In this document: positions 53,401 to 64,000 of the stretch, piece by piece
Position numbering within the stretch: position 1 is the first letter of the stretch
How the letters are laid out: each line of letters starts with the position of its first letter
Source of the DNA: Chrysomallon squamiferum
Taxonomy: Eukaryota; Animalia; Mollusca
DNA: 64,000 bases
Assembly (NCBI GenBank): GCA_012295275.1
Contig: CM022669.1
Span: 18,042,001 to 18,106,000 of the forward strand
Reading direction: 5' to 3'
Notes under the pieces: generated by a model
Databases searched by the model: none
The model's input: only the letters and a program-made list of their open reading frames with translations
Told to the model about the DNA's origin: nothing
Translations under genes and position numbers: made by a program

Positions 53401-56400
53401 ATAGAATTCTTTTATACATACATTATTATTTTTTTGTAACAAACAATGACATGTTTATCCTGGCTAGAAAATCCTCATGAAAGAACTGTCAAACTGATTT
53501 GCCTGTAACAATTCCTGAAATAAATGCTTTGGCTCATTAGCCTACACTGTTTGCAGAATAAAAACATGCTACTGAGAAGGGTAATCAATATCTGGCTGCC
53601 TACATGAGCCATAGAACTAGCAGGCTACTGCCTGCCCAGATTAATGTTTGCCGACAGATCAGTTTTCATCAAAACATCCCACACACACTCATAAAAAAAG
53701 TATTTAGCCAGAACTTGAGGATATTACTCACCAGGATAAAATGGCACAATTTATGAATCAATTAGGCACAAATATAACACCATTTACAAATTTTTAGATA
53801 GGAACATGCATTAAAATGTACATTAGTTTAATTATTACATAAAAGCTGTGTAACAATCAAGAATTTTTTTAAATACATATTAAATTTATTGATAAACTAT
53901 ATGACTCAAATGATTTCACGATACAAAAAAATATACTATTTAAAAAAATGGAAAACAAATTCTTAAATTTTTGTGGCTACATCAACTTAAAAACGCAATG
54001 CAATACTTAGTCACTCAATATAAATTTATTAATCTTGTGCAATTAAAAAATTTAGTGACAAAGTTTTTTCTTAATGTTCTTATCTTTCACTTTTATACAA
54101 TATCTCAATGTACTGTAATAATACAATAACACTATTATATATATTTTTTTTTTTTAAATCTGAATGGAATGGCAGAAAAGGCTGAATTTGTCAAAACCCT
54201 ATTTCAAAACAGATCTTAGAAATGAAAATAAGCTAGTATAAATATACATGAATCCACAGATGCAATGTATTTACATTAAGAAAAAGAAATTAAGGTAATA
54301 TTTTGTAACATTATGACACGTCAATGCATTTGTTTATTTTGAACTTAACATAATTTTATATAATCAAGCATTTAATTTTTTAGATAAATGACTTCTACAA
54401 GAGTTCTTTTATTCAGTTATTAATAATATCAAGCTTAATATCAGTCTTAAGCTATGTATCCTGGCAAGTTAATAGGTAAAAGCGATGCTTTTATATGATC
54501 TCTTGTAATAGATTACTTGTTTATATAATGTTGTCATAATTGAAGTCAGTTTTAATAACCTGTTGCACATAAATGATATACCAATTTTCAGAAAACTGTT
54601 TAATAACAATAATGATAACAACATCTGTGCATTCTGACAAATAAAAAGCTTCTTTTGATGTTTTCTTTGTTAACATATTAACAAATTTGCTTTCAACATC
54701 TATGGTTATTATACTGAAAGATGACCTAACAACATAAAATTTAGATAGATATAAAGAAGTTGACAATAATGAACTCATTATAATTTGACTGATAATTTTG
54801 TATTTAATGATCTTGTTTTTTAAAAACATATTTTCACTGACATTTACAGAATGTGATACTGTTGTGGATACTAATTACCTAAGGGATGGAGTACATTGCA
54901 CTAACCCACCGTTACTGATGGAAACAAAATAATCTGAATTAATTATGGTTGATAGTAGTATTATTTTATTTAAATTTTTAACTTTATAATTCCACCCCAT
55001 CCCCATCACCCAAAAGCTGCTTTCCAATTCACAATTAGCAGATCACAGTAAAGATTCAAGTCTTTGAATTACTTTCACCATATCACAAATTAATGAAACG
55101 TACAGTACAGACAGCTTTTCTCTGTAAGATAGTTCAGTTTATGAGGTCTTGTCATTTTTGTCTCATAATATGAAAGGCTAGTGATAGTAATTTGTCATCT
55201 AACTGAAATATGTATTGGTATTATTATACTGATACTATGCACAAACAATTAAAGATGAATCTTAAGAGTTTAACATTCCATCTGTCTAAAATTTATTGAT
55301 GGTTAATAAATTTCTCAATGGGAAAAATTTCATGCTAGTTCTGTGAATTTAAAATTTTAGTACACAGGATCAAAGAGAATTTTAAAAGATTTTATAAACT
55401 AACACTATTGAAAAAAAGAGAAAAAAAAAGAGAAAAAAAAGAGATAATAATCAATAAATAAAGAAAGAAAGAAAAGAAATAAACAATTAAATTCTTAAGA
55501 ACTACCTTAAATATGACCTATATATATATATAAAAATAAAAATAATTTTTTTTTTATTTAGAAAACAGTAACTTACTACAGTTTTGTTGAATCAATGCTG
55601 GGTTTTTTCTTGGACGACCAGGTTTACGTTTTTCTGTAAGAGGACTTCCTGGAATAGGTTCTAGTGTTGGTGCCTGCAGTGATGGCCCCAAGTTCATTAA
55701 TTTATGTCTTTTTTTAGGTGGCAAACATTGTTGGGTGGTTACTTGTTTTTCCAAAATAGGTGGTTCTTGATCATCCAACAGACTCAAACTCTTCTTTCTG
55801 ATACCTCTTGATCTGTCCAATTGCAAAGAAAAATCTTTAAAAAGCATTTGTTCTTTGGCTGACTTCTTTTTCTTTGGCTTTTCAATGATGAGCTTATCTT
55901 TTTTCTTTTTCTTTACATTGATCTTTCTTAGTCTAAATATGCTGGGCAGTAACACTTCACCAGGCCTAACCCGAATGTAGTTATCTCCTGGATGTTCTGA
56001 GATGGCCATGATGTTAAGATCTTTTAACATTTTCTCAAGATCTGCTTCAAATTTAGGATCAATTATGTTCTTGTGCTTAGACTTGAAATAAAACAATTTC
56101 TTTTTCTTTCTTCTCTTATCAACAAGTTTACCAAAATCATCCATGGCATCTGATGGTGTCCTAAATGATCCTTTGGACACAAGTCCAAGACCTGATTGCA
56201 TTTTGGATGACTGAAAACCTTTAAACATTCGATCATTTCCGAAGAAAGGTGTTCCAGAAAATGAAACCATCTGTTGAAATCTTGACCCAAATGAAGCTGA
56301 TGAAACGGTTGGTACTACTGGTGAAGAAAACTGAAAATTTGGAGTCATCAGAGATCCTGAAGAAGGTTGAAAACTACTAGACTGCTTTGCTTTATAATCT

Positions 56401-59321
56401 GTTGAAGATGAAGAAGAGACAGTTTGTGGATGAAACAAATGATCTGAAGCAGGTTCAGATGTTTTCTCAGTAGCTGCTTTGGATAAGCTAGATAATTTCT
56501 TTCTTCTGCGCTTTTTATGCTTTCGCATCATAACATGAAGTTTTGGCCTACGAATTTTAGGTTTTGGTTTTGTTTCATTTGATGGTGCTGAAAGTTCAGA
56601 TGAAGTTGCAGTTAATGTTGGTTCAATGGCACTGAGGCTATCTTCAATTGGAAGGTCATGAATTTCATCATGATCACTTTCTTTCATTTGAAATTGTGAA
56701 TTTATTGAGTCTTGGACACTTTGTATTAAAGTATCAAATTCACTTCCAGATGGAGAAAGACGATCATTTACTGTTAGTTTTGAACCAAACTCTGAGTCAC
56801 TGACTGTAAATGATGTACTGTGCTGTGTATTGTTCAAAATTTCTGGATTCTTGCGTGGACGCCCAGGCTTTCGTTTTGGCTCACTGTTGTCAGGTTTAGC
56901 CTGTGAGCAGATTTTAGCTTTCTGTAACTTTTTCATGTATGGTCTCCTTTTCATAAAAGTTTTTGTACCTAAGATTTGTTTTTGTTTTGTTTTTATCTTT
57001 GATGGTGGTCGGCCTGGCCCTTTTTTCAATTTAATAATTTTATTTTTGGTTAATTTTTGGATTTTTTTCATAACTTTTGTCCCTGTTTTCTTCATTTGTG
57101 AATCATTAATTTTCTTCACACTATGAAGTTTTTCAGGAATAAGTCCCAGCTGCCTTAAAATTGTTGATTTGTTAGGTGAACCTTTTGGTCGACCAGGACG
57201 TCTTTTAACAAAATCAACTGGTTTTTTAGTCAATCTTTCCTTGATACATGCTAAGCTTGTTTCTATGGAGCCTGGCTTTATTATTTTAGGACTGCTGCTT
57301 TTAACAGTATCCTTTGTACAAACCTCATTGGGACAATCTGGTTCGCTTAACTGCATTAAATCCAAATCAAACAAAGATGTTCTCTCCACTTGTTTTTCAC
57401 TGTTTTTAGTTTTATTCACAAAGATATCATCTTTATTTGTAATTGGTCTTTTATCATACACTTTTCGATTAGCACTCTGTGTTATTTCACTAGTCCTTTT
57501 ATGACTATTCTTTCTGCTACTGCTTAACAGTTTTTTTGCAGATTTAACAGTCAAAGACATTTTCTCAGAATCATTGTTTGTTTCTGATGATTCATCATTT
57601 TCAGATGTCTTACCGACGTCTGCATCAAGTACTTCTTCAGAATTATCAGTTTCTTGCCAGTTGTAATCTTTAGGCTGGGAAACATCCATTTGTTCACTTG
57701 ATGAAATGCATTCATCAGGTTCACTGGACTTGTCTTGAGACTCTAAATTCTGCTCTGATACAACATGGGCAAGATGCTCTACACAGCTATTAGCATTCTC
57801 ATTTGTAGAATCCATGTTATACAACTTACTTTTCCTATGCTGAAGGAAGGCAAATTTTCTTTTAGGTGGACGACCCCTTTTGCGCTTACCAGAGGAAATG
57901 GTCTTCACTATTTCATCTACCTTTCCCACACTGCTGGTCATTTTCAAATCTTTCTCTGATACCGGCTGCAAATGTGAAATGGTTTCTTGAGATGATGCTG
58001 AAGGCAAACTTTCAACTTTTCTCTGTTCTGAAATTTGGTTTTCTGTTGCTAAATGCTCACCATTTGTGACAGAATTTGGAGATTCATTTCCTGATGGAGA
58101 ACCTCCAATTGACTGAATGCCACTATCAGGAGAAACATTAGACATTGTGTCAAGCTTCAGAAGTTGTTCTGAATGAGCTCCTGTTGTCAGTTTTATCCGT
58201 TTTGCCTTTTGTTGGTATTTATCATCACCTTCATCATCAGTTGAGAAATAGCTGTGATGAGAACTGGAAGGAATACTAATGGCATCATGTATCCGAGATA
58301 GTTCTGTGTCTGTTGTGGAATCTCCCACACTCTCTCTTTCTGAATCTGAGTAAACTTTACTTTCAGTTCCAGAATCCACTTCACTATTTGTTCGGACACT
58401 TTTTGCAGATATGTTATCCTTTGCTGGGTTTTTTATAGGTCTACCAACAGTATTTTTTCCAGGTGAATGGCAGACGTCAGATGCACCAACTGCCCCCTGG
58501 CTGCCAAAGTTGTCAGTCAAGTTTGATGGTGAACTGTTGTCTTCAACTTGTGCCAAATCTGGTTCCATCAAAAATACTGCATTATCCAAATGTTCATCAA
58601 AAGATGAATATAATACCTTCTGCTGGCTGGATGATTTTGCCTGGTCAGTTGAATTCTGGCAAAATGAAAGAGTTTATTAGGTATATATATATTTGTATTT
58701 AACAATGTAATCTATTTAATCAAATTTATGACAGCAGGGAATGACATATATTAATAAGCCTGAAATTGTTCTGAATGAAGAACAATAAAACATTAAACGG
58801 AATGATCAGCTCTATCAAAGAAACACTACATTCACGATACAAGGAAATGCTGAACTAAAACAAAACGGTTCAAATGTATCCATTGATAACTTTTAATCTT
58901 AATTTCATAATTAAATGACACATACACTCATATACAAAAACACAAAAAAAACAACAAAAAACACCAGCAGATATATCAGGATAAAAAAATAAATAAATAA
59001 AAAATTGAAATTTAATTTAATACTATCTTGTATCACCTGTGAATTATTCTGTAATGAAGTACTAGAAAGTTTATCCACCAAAGTTTTGTCACGAAGAAGA
59101 GGTGTTTTGAAACATGGATTTTCTGAAGCAGATTTCTGTATGCTTGAAATTTTTCTGGTTCCAGTGCAGGTGATCTTCAGTTTTAATTGGCCTTCATTAA
59201 AGTTTGTATGCTGTACAGAAAACTGTTTTTCCTTTGGATGATCACTAGCATCACTTTCAGACCCCGAGTCACTGCTGGAGGAGCTATCGGCACTGTCGTC
59301 ATTCCAATCCACATCACTCAT
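36229..59321 (-). CDS. ASH1L: Histone-lysine N-methyltransferase ASH1L (H3K36, trithorax group), complete, about 2315 aa, 23 coding exons
   Basis: Coding exons (+ coordinates): 59037-59321,55577-58655,50743-51373,50097-50231,45853-46030,45542-45590,45023-45131,44487-44641,44003-44201,43542-43650,42982-43155,41406-41674,40905-41002,40571-40758,39919-40087,39554-39645,39051-39137,38433-38662,38014-38098,37493-37674,37201-37273,36670-36897,36229-36372 (6948 nt, all GT-AG, in phase). GCCATG start at 59321. Domain order AT-hooks, FQLP, AWS, SET, post-SET, bromo, PHD, BAH and the C-terminal [12 protein letters not shown] are diagnostic of the ASH1 family. Confidence 0.96.
37201..41002 (-). CDS. ASH1L: ASH1L bromodomain, PHD finger and BAH domain exons
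   Basis: [20 protein letters not shown] (bromo); [29 protein letters not shown]...YLCDQC (PHD); [10 protein letters not shown]...[24 protein letters not shown]...[14 protein letters not shown] (BAH). Confidence 0.95.
42045..42216. mobile_element. Candidate 172-bp MITE with 14-bp perfect terminal inverted repeats
   Basis: CAGGGTACAAAATT (42045-42058) and AATTTTGTACCCTG (42203-42216); hAT-like CAGGG end; no clear target-site duplication. Confidence 0.55.
42982..45131 (-). CDS. ASH1L: ASH1L AWS-SET-postSET exons
   Basis: CSCKKP...[20 protein letters not shown]...[11 protein letters not shown]; RGYGVR; IVEYTGEVV; [11 protein letters not shown]; ELGYDYNF; [14 protein letters not shown]. Confidence 0.95.
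55577..58655 (-). CDS. ASH1L: ASH1L giant 3079-nt exon: low-complexity N-terminal region with AT-hooks
   Basis: Matches the 1011-aa ORF. AT-hook-like [24 protein letters not shown] and RKPGRPRK (twice); ASH1L-type blocks [27 protein letters not shown]. Confidence 0.93.
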
Positions 59322-60193
59322 GGCTCCTCCAGCCACGCCGAACCCCACCGTACGTGTGTACGAGGTGACTGTCCAGCTTTATTTCACTTGTTTCTACAAT
59401 CTAAAACAGTAAAAAGAATATTAACTAAAATGCTTTGTCAAATTCATGAATGTTTTTCACATAAGATATGTATGCCATGCTATAATATGTAAACAAATTG
59501 GTATTTGATTTAAACAGGTAATGTCTAGAATTTATGTCATGTGCTTTGAACATTTTCAAGATCCTTGATTATATTTAAAGGTTCTTATCATGCTTCTTTC
59601 AAAACAGAACATATATCATTTATACCATGTAATAAAAATGTACCAAGATAAAGTAGCAATTTGTTAAATTAAATATTTGATATTCAACCTTGTCACTGTC
59701 AATTCTCAATTCAAGATCCTGGATGAACATGTCATCTAGTTAATTCTAGTTAGTTATAAGTAACAAAAGCTGTATAAATTGTAATGAATATATAGTTAGT
59801 AAAACAGAAAAACTTTAATTTGTCAGTTTACATAATAATACATTTATTGGTGTCACTCTGAGTGACCATCTCCAGATTTGTTGTCAAAAGTACCATTTTA
59901 GTATCAACTGCATGATCTAACTGCAAATTTGCTGTATACAAATGAAACACAAAGGAAGAAAAAAGTGCCTGATGTTTGTTTCAATGTATTTATCAGTTAA
60001 AGATCATTAAGATATTTCGTATAAGTGCCTCTTATAACATGTAATTTCATGTGCGTATCAAACAAAATAAAAACATTATTTACCAAATTGTCTTATCAAC
60101 GCGCCAAAACAATATGTGGATTCTGAATAAATCATCCAGCATCAGCTGTTATTATACCTTCATACAGTAGCTTTTCTTGATCTATTATCTTAC

Positions 60194-60300
60194 CTGACAC
60201 ACCTTATTATTTGTTCAACACTAATTAACAATCAGTGCTCTAAATTGTCTGTATTTCCCTAAATTATGTCATCGCTGAATAAAATGGCGTCTGCGGTTTG
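60194..60300 (-). other. ASH1L: Probable non-coding first exon (5' UTR) of ASH1L; 5' end approximate
   Basis: Strong minus-strand donor TCAG|GTAAGA at 60194/60193 and matching acceptor TTTTAG at 59401 before the ATG exon; lies next to a CpG-containing, promoter-like segment. Confidence 0.55.
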
Positions 60301-61799
60301 AGGTTCGACAGGAGAAAAACAAGTGCGCGCGTTCTATGTTAAATATTCATTGACATAATTAAATAGCAAAACAGTAATATATATAAATAATGTTAATCAA
60401 AATTGCTTAGAAAAATAGATTTAAACGATAATAATATGCATTTACCGAATAACAATCATTTTTCATTCATTCGCTATAGTTTTAAGTTATCCTTTCGAAC
60501 CTCGTTAAGGTTGTTTTGGTCTGCGCTGAAGAGCTCTCTAAAATGGAACCAGAACTTGGAATAGTCTTTACTCGTTTTTAATATTGTGAAAAGCGGACAC
60601 GTTTTTTTTTGTTGTTGTTTTTTTAATTTTTATTATCATTATTTTTTAATAAGAAATTTTCACAGTAATGTGTATTTAGTAATTTGAAACCTTTGAAATG
60701 TTTCCAAATGTTGCAAAAGTTTATGTGTAAAATGTAATGCTGAAAGCTTAACAGGTTACAAATTAAAAAATAAAATAAAATAAAATAAAAAAAGATAGAA
60801 AGAAAAAAAGAAAGAATTAGATTAAAGGCTGGATGGAAAGAAAGGAAAACATATTTTATATAAAGAAAAACAAATGCAAAAGAAAAGAAGAAAAAGAGAA
60901 AGACCAAACTGAAGTTAAGCATGTTAGCAATAAATAAAATAAATAATAAAAAAATAATAATAAAATAAAATAAAATAAAATAAAATAAAATAAAATAAAA
61001 TAAATAAATAAATAAATAAACAAACAAAATAAACAGCAATAAACAATCACAACATTCCCCCCACCAAAAAAAAAAAAAAAAAATGAAAACAGTTAGAAAC
61101 AAACAAAACATAGATGGCTAAAGACAATTAATTCATCAGTTTCAGGTGTTTGGTTAACAGAACAGAAACTGTTGAGTTAAATTACCAAACAATTAATTAT
61201 TTGGTATATTTATACATAGTTTATTTATACATACATAGATACATTCTTAGAATAACCATTATTTAGTCCAATTTCTGTTCAAACTGAAATGTAAATAGTG
61301 TGTGTCTGTATATGTGTTTGTGTGTCATTCTGATCAGAATTTATAATAATAATAATAATAGGAAACAGAATATAATTTTTTTTAACAAAAATTGAATTAA
61401 AAAAGAAAATATCCACTTACTTAAGAATTTATTAAGACTTGCTATTTTTACTAAAATACACATGTTCTTCTGTTTAATGAAGGGGGAAAAAGTAAGCATA
61501 TATTTCAACATTTATATAATAATAACGATGGTGGTGATGATGTTGATGATAATGATGACAGTAGTAGTAGTTACTTCTCAAAACAGACTGTTTTGCAGGA
61601 TTTCTGGCCATCTTTTTTCCGAAAACGGGTTGCAGTTGGAGTTTAACAATAAAGTAACAATAATTAATTAAATTGCAAAACAAATTAAATAACACTGTAA
61701 ATGAATGTATAATATGTCAATATACATTTTAGTTATAATATAATAATGAAATCTAATGTTATTTTTAAAAAGCTTTTACGAATTTCCTATCATGCAATA

Positions 61800-61894
61800 G
61801 TAAATATGGCGGCGCCCATGCAAGTCATCTGAAATGATTTTTATTCTCGTCATTCATCACTCTTACTGAAACTAAGTCGACCTCTCTATTAAAG
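61800..61894 (+). other. DAP3: Probable non-coding first exon of the DAP3-like gene, with short uORFs
   Basis: ATGGCGGCGCCCATG motif, donor AAG|GTAATT at 61894/61895, and downstream acceptor TTTTCTTCAG at 63416, four nt before the ATG. Confidence 0.5.
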
Positions 61895-63420
61895 GTAATT
61901 TCTGATTTCATTTTGTATTTAAAAACACAAAGATTGCCAGATGAAAACAGTTCGAGGTTCTTTACTAATTACTTACTGACTACCTGAGCCATGGTCACAT
62001 TCACAAGTTCAAGAAGTTGAAGATCAGAACTCGGAGCAGTTAGTAGACCTATCACGTAATTAACAACCTAACTCTCTAACGTTCCGAGTGTCAGACCATA
62101 TGTAAATCTGTATATGATAGATCACTTAGAACAGTAGAATAACCTTTAATTAATAACAGAATAGATTAAAATGTAATGATTAATACTAAATTATTTTTTA
62201 TTGATAGAAAGTAACTTAAAATCATTCGATTCATTCAATCATTGTTATTAACAGTTGTAATTGAGAAATATAAATGAATAAACAATTTTATAATAAACAT
62301 TAAACATTATAATTTAGAAGTAGTTAAAATTGTTTTTTTAACTCCACATATTTGTACTTCTGCAAGTATATCCATTACATAATTAAACTATTTTAGAAAA
62401 GATATGACATTTAAATTCTTTTAGAAGCCATTGTGATTATTATTTGTCAACATTCTGAGTGACATTTTATTTGCTTACTGAGGTTATATTCATTATTTAT
62501 CATGAGGCAATATATTAATTGTGTTATGTTTTGAAATAAACTCCATTATGCATCAGTCTTGTACAGTGCATTTCTCAAAGCTGTGCACAATTTTAAAAAA
62601 AATAGTTATAATTTTGTCTCACACCCACATTAACACACCCGCCAAATTATAATTATATTTTCTCAATTAAATGTACATTTCAATGTTTTTATCTACATTT
62701 CTACAAACTTTAATCAGTATATATACTGTTGACCCTTGATTTCACATACTAATACAGGGAGAACCAGTCTGGAAAATCACAAATGTAAACATTAACCCTA
62801 AGATTTAACAAAACATTAAAATTTAGTACATATAACAGCTATATAATACATTAATGTAGTAATCTAATAATGTGAGAACAATAAACAGATATAAAAACAA
62901 TGTAAACAATTGTAATGCAGTGTATGTAAAGAAAAATGTACAGTGTAAAAATGTAGGCCAGGTTGGGTGAAGTTTGTTAGGTTTTGATGGTTGTGGGTGC
63001 AGTTCAAAAATTTACTCTTACCTTGATGGAAAGTGGGTTGAGAGAGGGTTGTTTTGATCATATAGTGGGACTCTGAATAATGTAACAGTGACTGTGTGTA
63101 AGGTTTCAAGTTGGAAACAGAGGTAAAACAGAGGTAAAACAGATGTCCCTGAAATTAAGGATCAATAGTAAAATATTTATTTCAACATTTTAACTTTATT
63201 TCCCATTAGTATAACTGTACTTGTTTCAACATATTTGCATATATTTATCTACATGGAATACTTAAATATTTTAACCTTTAACACATTTCACTGTGTATTC
63301 ATTTCCCTGATTTAATATTTCCTGAAGCATTAATTGTGCATTTATTTTTAGATTGTAGTCTAGAACAGTTGTCAGAATTTCATTTCAGTTTTTGAAATTA
63401 TTTTCTTTTTCTTCAGCATA

Positions 63421-63636
63421 ATGAATATTTCATCAGCAAGATGTCTCTGCGGCCTTGTTCCCAGAATGGTTGGTCGTGTGCCACATTTAAGGCATTCTGT
63501 GAAATCTGGACATCCAGAACTCACAGCACCGTTTGCTAGTCTTGCAGAGCAGTTCAAACTTGCTTCGGAAATGAAACAGAAGTCGGGAAAATCTCAGAAC
63601 ATAATTCCATTCTACAGAACAGATGAAAATGACCCT
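63421..63636 (+). CDS. DAP3: Probable mitochondrial small-subunit ribosomal protein mS29 (DAP3/MRPS29), first coding exon; gene continues beyond the window
   Basis: Arg/Leu/Ser-rich, acid-poor N-terminus resembling a mitochondrial presequence; ends FYRTDENDP|gtaagt, matching the RTNENDP motif I recall from human DAP3; adjacency to ASH1L as in vertebrates supports the call. Only one exon is visible. Confidence 0.78.
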
Positions 63637-64000
63637 GTAAGTTGAAAATAAATGACACTGTTGCTTTAGAAGGTCCCTGGCAAAACTTACATTTGATCAG
63701 TTCTAATTAGTGTAATGATATTTATTTTAAATAATATATGTTTGGAACTCTCTGATGTGAAACGAGATTGTTGTATATATAGACTGAACCACATGGTTGT
63801 TGTCTAATAATTGTATGACCACAAGTGTTTAGAAACACAATACATTTTAAAGATTTCTTGCTGCTGTTTCAGGTATTTGATAAAAGCATTCTTTATCTGA
63901 TACATTGAGTTTCCACTATTTTATTTTTTAAAACACATACAGTTAATTGCTAGTGAATATGTTGAGGTATTGTTAAGGAAGCATTCATATTTATGAATAT

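Larger units (their letters stand above)
60098..61900. promoter_or_regulatory. Divergent promoter region between ASH1L and DAP3
   Basis: Local CpG enrichment in otherwise CpG-poor DNA; YY1-type motifs AAAATGGCG (60281) and AATATGGCGGC (61803); E2F-like GCGCCAAA (60101); inverted GAGGTTCGA/TCGAACCTC pair (about 60300 and 60495). Confidence 0.55.

Noticed and set aside
56830-58702. Plus-strand ORFs of 60-111 aa
   Set aside because: Antisense shadows of the large ASH1L exon, with no splice or homology support.
60299-60310. GGTTCGA as a tRNA B-box or T-loop
   Set aside because: No cloverleaf or A-box; treated as a promoter-region motif only.

Overview
Very AT-rich, microsatellite-rich, intron-containing animal genomic DNA. 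It is probably a mollusc or other lophotrochozoan; this is inferred from gene content and a Nin-SINE-like repeat, not proven. Three protein-coding genes were reconstructed by hand from splice sites and reading phase. (1) The 3' part of a giant adhesion GPCR, ADGRV1/VLGR1/GPR98, on + (34 exons, 530-28255, about 1689 aa in the window), with Calx-beta repeats, GPS, 7TM and the C-terminal PDZ ligand DTHL. (2) A complete ASH1L H3K36 methyltransferase on - (23 coding exons, 59321-36229, about 2315 aa), with AT-hooks, FQLP, AWS-SET-postSET, bromo, PHD and BAH domains. (3) The first coding exon of a probable DAP3/MRPS29 on +, head-to-head with ASH1L. Most other ORFs in the track are microsatellite or antisense artefacts. 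Most notable: the ASH1L-DAP3 divergent pair, which appears to be shared with vertebrates; two phase-compatible candidate alternative exons in ASH1L intron 46031-50096, one with a TAG-ATG stop/start that would give a short catalytic isoform; repeated tandem duplications straddling ADGRV1 splice sites; a GC-AG intron; and a tandem array derived from a SINE domain. No prokaryote-type system (CRISPR, defence island) is present.
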